A DNA stretch of 63,295 nucleotides, counting the filler, from Choristocarpus tenellus KU-1152 (taxonomy: Eukaryota; Protista; Phaeophyceae): assembly GCA_964200185.2 (NCBI GenBank). It is 10 parts of 10 records of this genome, joined end to end, with 100 filler letters (N's around TTAATTAATTAA, not from the genome) between each part and the next. Parts side by side here need not be neighbours in the genome. Positions count along the whole stretch, not along the records: positions 43,613 to 50,273 come from CAXNAD020007623.1; positions 50,374 to 53,186 come from CAXNAD020024534.1; positions 53,287 to 56,211 come from CAXNAD020023619.1; positions 56,312 to 60,673 come from CAXNAD020014918.1; positions 60,774 to 63,295 come from CAXNAD020027095.1; 5 more parts are not named here. One strand, written 5' to 3'. A model generated the notes under the pieces. It had not been told where the DNA came from, did not search any database, and saw only the letters and a program-made list of their open reading frames with translations. The position numbers and the translations under genes are program-made. This document shows, piece by piece, positions 49,840 through 61,394 of this stretch (position 1 is the first letter of the stretch; each line of letters starts with the position of its first letter).

Positions 49840-50760
49840 AACAACAGTGTCCTTCCTAGAAGTAGAAAGAATTCATAGGTTTCAAGTCGCAGGGGTTTGA
49901 TATTGCAATGCATACATGCAGAAAAAAAACAAGACTACACATGGTACTACAAGCACTGCGAGCACATGTGTACACATGTGCTCGCAGATCGCACAAAGTT
50001 GTAAAAAAAAACAGCTACACACACCTCCCGTTAATCTTTGCCACAGAATTGATCTTGTATATCTGACGCACCCCTCCTGCACCCATGACACACTGCTTGA
50101 TATCCTAGACTCTCATGTAGGGCAGATGAGGAGAAAAAAGGAGGGCAGATGCGAACGTGGAACAATCAAAGACATGAGAAAAAAAAAAGAGAGTACATTT
50201 TAAGTCTGGGGGGGGGGGGGGGGAAAAAAAAAAAAAAAACAAAGAAACACCCAGCACCCCAAAAAAGACTAAGNNNNNNNNNNNNNNNNNNNNNNNNNNN
50301 NNNNNNNNNNNNNNNNNTTAATTAATTAANNNNNNNNNNNNNNNNNNNNNNNNNNNNNNNNNNNNNNNNNNNNGGGGGGGGGAAGGAGGGGGTGTACCAG
50401 TACATGCACCCAGAACCAACTTCGGCTTTGTTTGAATCTTCAGACCAGATGAATATTGTTGAAGTGGAACAGAAACAGGTGCTAGGACTATATATGACGC
50501 TAGGATATGAAACTGTACAGTTCTTACTCAGAAAACAAACCACGGCTACACATCGCAACAAGCTCCGACCCGGTCCAGACACACCTACGACTGATACAAA
50601 AGAAAAATATTTAACAAAAATAGGAATTAGTCACAAGGGTGTCTGTCGCATCACCACTACCTTTTTTCTCCTCCACTTCAATGCATTAATGCATTCGAAG
50701 GGTTTAACACCCCCCATCAAACAAGTATCACATCACATCAACGCATACATACATACATAC

Positions 50761-52993
50761 CTTGCCAAACGATTCCCAGTGGCAAATGTCGATGTCCTTG
50801 GGGCCAAGCATGCTCCACATGGCCATCTCATATGCCCCAGTGTCAGAAGCGGGAACCTTCAGAGGTCCAAGCAACAAAAGCCAAAGGGATGGAACAGTCA
50901 GGGTACACTCACACTAGGTTATCTGATAGGTTGGAGGGATCAAATCTAACAAACAAGGAAAAAAAAAAAATGAGACAGAACAAACGCCTCCACAAAAAGC
51001 GCGTGGGATGTGCACACATGCCATATATATATACTGTAATTTGAGGGAAGCGTGCAAGGAACCCTAACCCTATCCTCATTACATGAAATGAACAAAAATT
51101 ACAATATTAAATCATAGGGGATAATGCTAATAACGTAAGGAATTAAAAGGAACAAAACAATTAATTAAAAAAATATATCATGGAAAGGTGTAAGAAAATC
51201 CAAAGCATGAATAAAATAAAATATATATATATATTATAAAAATCGGACAGGAAACTGAATGAAAATAAACTAAAATATAAAAAGCAGCAAAGTTTCCTTT
51301 GTCAACCCATCAACATGAAAAAAAAAGAAACACTAGCGGGAATGACACCATTGGCTACAGAGCTGTGCTCCAGCACTAGTCACTCTTACTATCAAATACT
51401 TTCCAGGCCTCGAGACAAAGGGCGACACAGTAAAAGGTACAACACCACAGAGCGCTACAGTGTGCCACAAGAAAGAAAATACACTTCCATGCTACATAAT
51501 TGGAGCAATCTTTTTTTTATGTTCCACTTACGCACCGTGTCGACTGTAAAACAAAAATATAAATAACACACTTTCAAGACTAACAATGTTGTTCTTGCTT
51601 TCTTTAACCATGGTGGACACACAATGCGATACAACCCTTTACTTCAACACCATGCAGACCCCGCTAAAGGCCTCACCATACCAAGACCACAACCCAGTAC
51701 ACGGACATAGACGCCTTGTCAGGGAGTACAAACACCAAATAGCACGCCGCCGATACAATGCTATATGCTCAACATCAATATTCTCAGTCAAGGTGAAAAG
51801 TGCCACGGACAACCCCCCCCCAAAAAAACATCCCCACGAGTCAATGAGATTGCAAAAGTTCTCTCTCTCACAAAAACATGCCATGTGCTCCTTCAGTAAA
51901 AAAATAACATAACAAAAAAACTCAACCGAATCCAAGATTCATCTAACTTTCACTACAGATTTCTTGAAATGTCGGAAAAAGAGCGAAGGATTCAGTTCAT
52001 TGATAAAAACAAAAAAAGTCTCAAGAAAAAAAACACCCAACTGAATGAAGGACCTACCTACCTGCCCACCTCTCACTATACCACAATTCCAAATCAACTC
52101 CCAAACCTACAGAAGCATTAACGAAACACACCACTGATTGACCTCCACAGCAGACTTACAATACCCAGTAGGTAATCATCCGGTACACTTAGGATCCTCT
52201 TGGACTCATCAATTGCCAGCTTCAACCGTGCCTTTCCCAGCTTTGAACGGTGTGACCTCCCTAGCACATCTGTCTTGAGCATTGCAGGGGAGTATCTATA
52301 GCCCCGTAGCACCACAGAGTAGTGTCACAGTGAAGTATACACAACGTGGTCGAGGAGTGAATATGCAGTGCCTGCGTCAGCGGTGGGAGTAAAAGTGCGA
52401 TTCTATGCTCCAGGGCAAAATATCATAGTGCTATGTAGTGCTACATAGACTTCAATCTATCTGTAGTCATGTAGGGAACCAAATTCCTCAAGGAAGAGGA
52501 GAGGCGAACTTGTCTCTCTATTCCCTCTCTTTCCCCTTCTTCCGGCATGACTACCGCATACCCCCCTCCCTTGTATTTCACTTCCCGACCTCAAATCAAT
52601 GCTGAATCAACCAAAATATTCTATTACCTACCTACCACATACACAAAAAAGGTTTAAAAAAAAGGTAAAAAAGGTATAAAATAGGTACAAACACAAAAAT
52701 GGTACATACAGTGTGGTATCCACAAGTTACCTTCTTGTTTTGCTCACAGTTTTTTCACAGCCCCTTCCTCACTCTCTACAAAAACCCTCACACTATATCA
52801 CCACTCTACACACACGAAGCACGAGGGGAGAGGAGACGACAGGATCGTGCACTTCAAAGGTATACCCTCTCTCACCCAGGTCTCTTCTTGCAAGGACCAG
52901 AGGAGAACTGCGGATTAGCAGGCTTGTCTGCAGGCATTGGTGTTCCATACACATGCCCCTGAGAAGCCTCATCATCAATACGGAAGGCCGGGT
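50761..52993 (-). CDS. serC: Phosphoserine aminotransferase, alphaproteobacterial/Methanosarcina type; internal exons 52993-52876, 52295-52160, 50856-50761
   Basis: [17 protein letters not shown]|[45 protein letters not shown]|[32 protein letters not shown]. Confidence 0.93.
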
Positions 52994-53410
52994 CTAGCTT
53001 GTTCTCAACCGACACCTTTTCAAAAACATTTTCAAGATAGCATCGCACGTATTTCACAGCATGTGTGGCAAGAGGGGGCATGGGGAACAAAAGCGTACAG
53101 AAATTTACATCATAGACCTGCGCAATGCTACAGGGGGGGGGGGGGGGGGGGGGGGCTTCCCGAAGGATAACAGCCCGCACCGCACCNNNNNNNNNNNNNN
53201 NNNNNNNNNNNNNNNNNNNNNNNNNNNNNNTTAATTAATTAANNNNNNNNNNNNNNNNNNNNNNNNNNNNNNNNNNNNNNNNNNNNAACCAAACAGTGCA
53301 GGTCAGAAAAATAAAAAATAAAACCAACTAAAAGGAAAAAACTTTGCCAATCAGTGACCCCCCCCCCCCCCAAAGACAAACATCAACACTACACACAGAT
53401 AGCAGCCCAC

Positions 53411-55082
53411 CTGGACTGGCATTACTGGTGAGACCTTGGGATTGGCCATGTTTACATCAGTAGTATACAGTAGGGAGGCATTAACTTCCAAGATTTCATC
53501 CAAAGGACCCAGAACCTGCCATTCATGACATAGCATTCATGACATAGCATTCATGATATAGCATTCATGACATAGCATTCATGACATAGCATTCATTACA
53601 TAATACAGATGAGAATTGTTGTGAAAGGTCACACTCCCATGTACAAGTGGTCACTATAATGCCACCAACAGGGAAATAGAACTTGGGTGCAACAGGGTGT
53701 GAAAACCATCTACAAAGATGGTGTATATTTTTGGTTATTAATTTTGGTCAGTAGAGCACTTCAATTCTAATCAGGGTGTCATGGGTTTGAGCTCCGCCAA
53801 CGTTTCATGCTGATCTCAATCATGATCTTAATCATAATCTTAATCATTCCCAGAAATAGTAGATCTAGATAGTACTTTTTCCTCTAACTCATAAGGTCTC
53901 TGTTAAATCCTTTAATTCTTGAAGATTAGCATTAATAGACTATCACCTTGTAGTACCAGCGCTTTTTCTTAGTGCATACACTACAAGTGGGTTAGGGTTA
54001 GGGTTAGGGTTAGGGTTAGAGTTGGACGCAACATGTGCAACATTCATTATAATATAACCAGTAAGACTCACTTAAAATTACAATATTTACTAAAGTCTTG
54101 GTTGAGAGCAATATAGCACCGGTGATATATAAATCTTCAAATACACCCTATAACCCTAACCTCCATCGCTTTGTCTTGACCTCTTTCCCTCACCATGTCA
54201 CCATGTCTCCAAAGAACCAAGATAAAAAAAATTAGTGTAAAACTCTATCCTCCACTACGTACAGTATCTATCAGTATCTATCCCCAAAACACCTCCGATG
54301 TCACCTGTTCAATAAATACTAAAACGCTACTTAGGGTTAGGGTTAGGGTTAGGGTTAGAGGGTTTGGTGCAATAGTATGGGGAGAAGTGTCCAGCAACTA
54401 TCCTATCATAGCACTGAAGTATTGAAGAACTGAATTATTGAAGTATTGATGTGGGTTTGCTTATGTTGCCAATGATAATAAAAATAAAAATTCCCTTCGA
54501 GCTTGGTTACCTTGGTATAGCATGACATGTGCTAGGATTGACTGGGCCTCCTTGACAGATCCTTGACTATACATCAAACACAATGCAGGAGGGGGCCATG
54601 ACTATACATAACATATACATAACATATACATAACATATACATAACATATACATAACATTGCTACACTGTACTTAATTCACTCAACACAGGACCACAGTTT
54701 AATAGATAGGGTTAGGGCTAGGGTTAGTATTAATAACCCTAACCCTAACTAGAAAAATGGCTTGCGTAAATGGAGTTTGGTAATATATCACTATCTCAGA
54801 CTCACAGACTGAAATACTAGAATCTATGATTCATGGTCTGTTACACATCAATCATGAAAAAACACCTGTAGACTGTAACTCAGAGTCATGAAAAGGAACA
54901 GTGATACAGGTAAATGTAAAATATTTTCCAACCAAAACAATGGGCTGTCTGTAGGTTTGACTCACAAGTGTATCTGTGTCTAGGTGTATCACCCGATGGT
55001 ATTCTGTAAGAGTGTATGAATAGAGCTTAAGCAGTTCAGCAGGACCACAACAACCACCTGTTGCCACCCTCTCCCTTGTAGT
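53411..55082 (-). CDS. GT8 (glycogenin-like) glycosyltransferase, internal exons 55082-54966 and 53515-53411
   Basis: GCCGPAELLKLYSYTLTEYHRVIHLDTDTL|VLGPLDEIL: GT8 KL..W/Y.L.EY.RV..LDxD motif. Confidence 0.85.
53520..53601. repeat. 14-bp tandem repeat (CATTCATGACATAG) x~6 at the GT8 acceptor
   Basis: Directly visible. Confidence 0.9.
53988..54749. repeat. Interstitial telomere-like (TTAGGG)n tracts at ~53988-54020, 54331-54358, 54707-54749
   Basis: Runs of 4-5 TTAGGG units, plus a TTAGGG/CCCTAA inverted junction. Confidence 0.85.
54603..54658. repeat. 11-bp tandem repeat (TATACATAACA) x5
   Basis: Directly visible. Confidence 0.9.
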
Positions 55083-56311
55083 CTGCAATCCAAGACACAC
55101 ACAAACACACACAATACACACACACATGCAACATGAAAGGAAGGATTTCATAGTGAGCAACTGACTAAGATAGTGCACCTGTCAAATAGGTGATAGGTGA
55201 CAATCCAAGATGGTACTACCAAAAGTGACTATTGTATTTATTGCAATGCTGTTAGCAGAGTGTCAGTGTGTGTGTCAATTGTAGCTTGCAACTAGTCTTC
55301 ATAACGCCTTCATTCCTCTCTACCAAATTATCATAGTCAACAATACGTACATACACATACGCACACGTATACTCTCACTGGAATGGTTGTACCTCTAGAG
55401 TCTTAAACATATCGTGCACCTTACACCCAACCTACCCAGTTGGGGAGAGTAATGTTTTTTTTGGGGGGGGGCAGAAACAGTCGTAACAGTACAGTCACGT
55501 CTAGAAATAAATAAATAAAATCTATGTGCTCAATCTATGCCCTCAAATGACACCCTTGTACCCCCCAACGGATCACTTAATAAACAGCTGTCCTTTTACA
55601 ACTTAGATTGTGAAAGGTACATTCCACTTTGTTAAATTGCAAATTGCATTAAACACTCAGTGTAACTCTATCAAAACTTTGCTAAATTGCATTAAACCCT
55701 AACCCTAAATCTATCAAAACTCTTGAATACTTGAAAGTACTTCAAAGTGCCTATACCACAATGGGTGTTTGCCAAAGCAATATATAGTCCAAAATGGTAA
55801 GCTACAGTTTCTGACTCAGTTCAAACAGGTACTCTTGTTTTGACTGCAGGCCATTGGTCCAACACCAGACTGAGAAATCAAGTCACTTCAGTACACACCT
55901 ACAAAAAAAAAACATCTGGTCGTCCACATGCTGTTGATTCAAGGACATGGCATAGCATAACACAACATAACACAGCAATGCATGTATAGTACACTTACAC
56001 CCCAGAATAAACTCTCCAAATGCCTGACCATTGCATAGTGAAATATTAAGTGTTGGGAACATTGCATAACACCTCGAATGGCTTCAGTTCAAGAAAAAAA
56101 AAGAATAACACAATAGGTGGAATAACCCAATAAGTGGAATAACCCGATATCCCAACTGAAACATTTAGGTTATTCAATACAAGCACAAACAGGGTCAAAG
56201 TATCTGGGGGGNNNNNNNNNNNNNNNNNNNNNNNNNNNNNNNNNNNNNNNNNNNNTTAATTAATTAANNNNNNNNNNNNNNNNNNNNNNNNNNNNNNNNN
56301 NNNNNNNNNNN

Positions 56312-56350
56312 CAAATGGACGCGACTCTACCCTCTAAGATACTTTGGCTC
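56312..56350 (+). mobile_element. Right end of MITE family A at contig start
   Basis: CAAATGGACGCGACTCTACCCTCTAAGATACTTTGGCTC. Confidence 0.85.
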
Positions 56351-56760
56351 TAGTGAGGAGATGCCCGTCTCCACGTATAGAGAACTTGAACCTGGGTTGG
56401 GTGCTTCCCTGTTTCTCTGTTGAAGAGCTTTAGAAGAGGTGGGTAAACCATCAAAAGTGCAATCAAGGAACTCTCGAGCTATAAAATAGATACTTCCACC
56501 AGATAGGACCCAATCTGAGTCCACTCTCTCTTGCACTTACCATGCAAGAGGCCAAAATCGATTACGACACCCCTTTGGAACTCCGTGGTCCACTTTCAAC
56601 ATTACGTTTTGCAACTTGATATCTGAATGGAAGAGGTTGCTTGTGTGCAAGCAGGCTATGCCCCTTGCACACTCTATGAAGGATCTAGGAATAGACCGCA
56701 TAATATATGCTAGTGATGGGAGTAGCCTATGCTTTGGCAATGGATTGAGCAGCTGACTGC
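56351..56760 (-). pseudogene. Frameshifted Ser/Thr protein kinase
   Basis: CARGIACLHTSNLFHSDIKLQNVML (VIa/VIb), frameshift, VIDFGL (VII), GGSIYFIAREFL (VIII). Confidence 0.8.
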
Positions 56761-58500
56761 TGACAGCAGCAACAGTACATTTGATATTCTTTGACTATCA
56801 TCACAAACGTTCCTTGCAGGCCTAGCATCAAGTAACCAGATGCCTAGTGCCTTTTCAATCCAATACATGATCCTGGCATACAATAGCAGCACTGTGGGCA
56901 GCACACCTCAGAATCAGTCCTACCTCACCCCTTTCTGCAAACACCGTGTCATGAAGGCTCTTCCTACTCCTGACCAGCTTTCATGATCATGGATAGGTGG
57001 GCTCTGTTGGTTGAAAATGTCAGCATTCACACCACACCAAATTCCAGCGGGAGGGCAACCTGAGCAGAGTGTTGACACAAAGGGCCGCAGCACGCTAAGG
57101 AATCATATCTAGCAAAGCCTACTCCACACAAAAAATAATATTAGCTCAGCAATTTCTTCAGCACAGTTACACATATACGGTTGCCCCGAACCTCAAGAAT
57201 CCACTGTCCATGCAGAATATGCATATTAACACTACATAGCAAATTGTTTCAAGAAGTTTTCCTCCTGCCGGAAACCTGGTGAAACCCAACTCAATTTGGT
57301 CTTTGATGTCGTTTGCCTTTGTGAAAATAATGAACTACTTGAGACAGGATCGTTGACAAGCTGAAGCCAGAAACGAATTCACATTTTCTGAGAGAGACTT
57401 ACCCTATGCTTTGTACCATCTCACTCCCATCTCAGCAGGTGCTCGTATTGCAGGTAACTCGAGAGGAGGACAGGATGGTAGAAGGGCAGCAATATTGTAA
57501 GGATATCGGTCACATCCTCTAGTGTTGATATGGCACCATCTTCCTACGAGTTGGTGGAATTGAGATGGTGCAAACCTCTCACAAACTGAGTTGTGCCTGA
57601 CTTTTACAACTTATCAATGATGAAGTCTCAATCGTCCATGAGCTGTAAGACTACTATTACCATTTAGCATTACACACCAAAATTGTGGCACACCGTGACA
57701 GAATGCACTGTAGGTCTACGCATATACTCCAATAATTGAGATCATTCAGTATATGCTGTGCTTACTGATAATTTGAAGACGTTGTCATAGAATAGATGCA
57801 TTTAAAGCGTTAACTGGTGAATCAGTTGACGGTGCAGATGGAGATAAATAAATAATGTTGTAGCTCGATGTATCTCACAACCAGACTGCAGTAGGTGGAG
57901 GAGATGTTACATTACCAATGCTCTGTAGGAACGAGAAACGTTCTCGGGACCCTTACCCAAACCACCCAAGCCTCCATCTCTGGAATAGTACATTAGATAT
58001 CTTCCAATATGAGGAAACATGACGAAGATAAAGTGTGATAAGGAGGATAATTAATTTGTACGACCAATTCAGTGTATTTGCTGATGAAATCTGGACGATA
58101 TGCCTTGGGCATACTTCAGAGGGAGAGTCCATCCTAAGTGAACTCAGAACAGAGGTACAAGCCTATTAGAAATTATTCAATCTACAATGATAAGCACCAG
58201 TTGAAGCATATCGATATTCACACAGGGTTTATTGCCAGGGGATAAGTGGCCAGCCCTAACCACTATTCTTTCAGTTTTCAGTACTTTTGACGCATGCCAG
58301 AGCCATTAGTGCTGTTCGCTCGTTGCCTTCCTTTTGCAAAACCCTACGGCCTTGGCACATAAGGACAGCATGGGGCTGGGCTTGGGTAGGGCTTGAACAG
58401 ACTCACGAAACTCTTCTTCCTATGTTTCTAGACCATCTTGATAGTTTCAGTTCGGGAGTAGTTACAGCTGTGTGTGCCGTAGCAGGTTTCTTGACAAAAA

Positions 58501-58984
58501 AAGGTACGTCCAGATCAAGGAAATTGCCATTATATTTGACACGTTTACTTAAATGATGAATCACCACCGGGTCACAAAGGCCCCGAATGGACGCCTGACA
58601 TCCCCTCTAGTATACTATGGGCCAAAAAGACTGCCCGTGTGAACTTCCAGTTTTGCTCTGGTTCATAAAAATATAAATACTACTCGATCCACACCAGGAA
58701 CCTACCTGCCTTTGAGTATATGGGTGTGCTCCTTCTAGCTGACTCGATTATCTGAGAACTAGCTCTTGCTGTATACTCTCTGTGGTGTTTCTTCTCTTTT
58801 CCTCGGCATTTTTGAGGAGTTAAGCGAAGCTTAAAGTTCAATAGGGCAGTCAATTTGGTTCATGGTATCCCAGAGGGAATGAAAGGTGTCCATTCGGGGC
58901 CTCTGTGACCCTTTAGTGATTTTCATGTCATTTAAGTAAGCATCTCACATCTAAGGACAAATTTCCTTCATCTGGACGCACCTT
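58501..58984. mobile_element. Foldback element with ~140-bp imperfect inverted arms
   Basis: 58501-58637 is the reverse complement of 58843-58984 (e.g. GGGTCACAAAGGCCCCGAATGGAC / GTCCATTCGGGGCCTCTGTGACCC). Confidence 0.8.
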
Positions 58985-59522
58985 GCTTTTCTATCCCCCT
59001 GCCTGAACCAAATCTGAAGGAAAATCGCCCGCAAAACGGGTATCAAACCGGAGTATATAACAACACCCAATCTACCCCAATGGACAACTTGGTCCTGATA
59101 CTTTGGGCCTTTGGGGCGGGATGGAACGCAATTCTGGAATAACCCAAGCAGCATTGGAATGGGTTGTTGCTCCCTGAAGAAGTGTAGAGGCAGTTCTTGA
59201 TACGATTATGTCTTCAATTGCCTGATGGTAAGTCAGGCGATCTGTTCACTTTCCCACCTTGCTACTTGAAGAGATTGTTGGAGGGTACTTGCCTTTGCTT
59301 CCTCTTGATGCCCACACGGGGCTGGTGAGCACGTCTTGGGGATCTTTGCCTTGATTTGTACCTCGGGAAAGTATCCCCCGGCTCATGTATCAACAGAAGA
59401 GACAAATACAGGAACATTACCAAATAATGTAGAGTGACTAATCCCAAGCAGAGGGGGCGACCATATAACCTTAAAACACCATGCCTAATAGAGTCAATTC
59501 CTATCCATTCATTCATATCAAG

Positions 59523-59783
59523 GCGTCAAATTATCTTAGAGGGTAGAGCCGCGTCCATTTGAACGCCAAAATCCAATGTTGCAATTTTGATGTAATTTTG
59601 GGTATCATATTTGTTAGGAGATGTCAATATCCATGTTCCCGACACACACCTTTTCATAACATACACATTTTACATACTCCGAAACATTTTGGAGAAGGTG
59701 AAATGTCATTAAAAACCCGTGGAAAGCCAAGCCCCAAATGGACAAACAGGGAAAAATTCGTACCCTCTAAGATACGTTCACTC
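59523..59783 (-). mobile_element. MITE family A copy
   Basis: Reverse complement of 1733-1990; ends TACCCTCTAAGATACGTTCACTC. Confidence 0.9.
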
Positions 59784-60559
59784 CAAGAACAAATATGGGT
59801 TAACCAACCAACACCTCTTGTATTCTGACTCCACATATATTCTACTAGTGATGTCCGATACAGTTGGAGGAGTCTAACCCAACACCCTCCCTAGATTAAA
59901 CAACTCTGCGTGGTTATAAGACGCATTCCAACTAACTAGGTACTGAACTTACTTGAGGAGATTATTCAAACAAACATAAATAATTCAAAATCGAGCGAAA
60001 ATCAAACTACTAACATAGTCTAAGTTCAGCAACGTCCCTGCATGCCTCCAAAACGGTTCCTCCACTAGAGGCTTGGTCAACACCTCTGCATGCTGCTCAT
60101 AGTAGAGTTGACATGAACGATCTGTATTTGCTCATTTGTGACCGTGTCTCCCAGAAAATGGTGTCACACATCTGTGTGCTTGGTCCTGCCAGAACTCAAA
60201 GCAACCAATGTCCTACTCCTGGTCAAAACCTTAGGCCACTACCCTAGCCGTAGCCCTACTGAACATACCAAAACAGCCACCCATTCGAACACCCAGTTTG
60301 AATCAATAGAGTTGCGCCCCGGGGGTACATCTGCTGTTGGAACCTGGATGGATGAGTTGTGCTCTCTTGTAAAGTGACAGGTTGTTTGTAGTAACTGTAG
60401 TGTAATGTCAGTATGAACTGGTAATACCGTATAGTATCAATAACACTATAGATGAGTAGCCTATGTTCAACATCTGCAAAACTGAAGGTACCTGTGTCCA
60501 ATTAACCATCCCACTCCTTAGACATAGCCTCTTCCCATACTGGTCAGTATTCAAACTTT

Positions 60560-60673
60560 GACCCAAAGTATCTGGGGGGGGGGGGGGGGGGGTCGACCCC
60601 GGGTTTTCCTTTTGGGCCAAAAGCGGGGGAAAGGGTTTTTTCTTTCTCATCCCGACGTTGGAAATCAAATCCC
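60560..60673 (+). mobile_element. Terminus of poly-G TIR element (family D); also at 30642-30672, 30773-30791 (reverse) and 56192-56211
   Basis: G(G/A)(G/C)(T/C)CAAAGTATCTGGGGG... at four contig edges. Confidence 0.7.
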
Positions 60674-61394
60674 NNNNNNNNNNNNNNNNNNNNNNNNNNN
60701 NNNNNNNNNNNNNNNNNTTAATTAATTAANNNNNNNNNNNNNNNNNNNNNNNNNNNNNNNNNNNNNNNNNNNNATCTTGCAGAGGTTTCCCGCGGCACAG
60801 GCATGGCTTCCACTTTCTTCCCCTACCAGTTACGTACTGTACTGCTGGGTGGTCATGACTCAGGAAGAAAGGCACTTTTCGCGAGAAATTTTTCGCGCGC
60901 GCCAAACTCGCGTGAATATATCCCCGATTCTGTACCAAATCGCCCGAATACGAGAATTCCGGTACAAAAGCCTATTTTTTGGTGTATGTCGAAAAAACGG
61001 TACAAAATGGGTGTGGTATATAATAGTTGGTATAAAATCTGTTTAGGTACTGTCTGTAGTTTTGATTGGTTTCCCCCCTGACACATCTGCAAAATGTCAG
61101 AGGGCATTATAATAAAATATACGACTACTATTTATAATGACTGCTTTTGAGTTTGTGATACGATCGTTACAAATTTCCAGTTTTCTTATTCAATTTCATT
61201 TCTACTTTACAACATCAAACTGTTACTCGACAAAATATGCTTCAGTTATATGCTTCAGTTATTGTTCATTACCTTGTCAAGGCGGTCACGTCCTTTCCTC
61301 CTCTATTATACCACTTTTCCTTCACACTGGATTAAAATCGACAGACATCCTATTACGTGCATTACAATAGATCGGTTGTTATAACTGCAAGAGC

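Noticed and set aside
59523-59787. 4-bp TSD (CAAG) implying Sola superfamily
   Set aside because: Other copies and the frame-restoration test favour 3 bp; kept only as an alternative.
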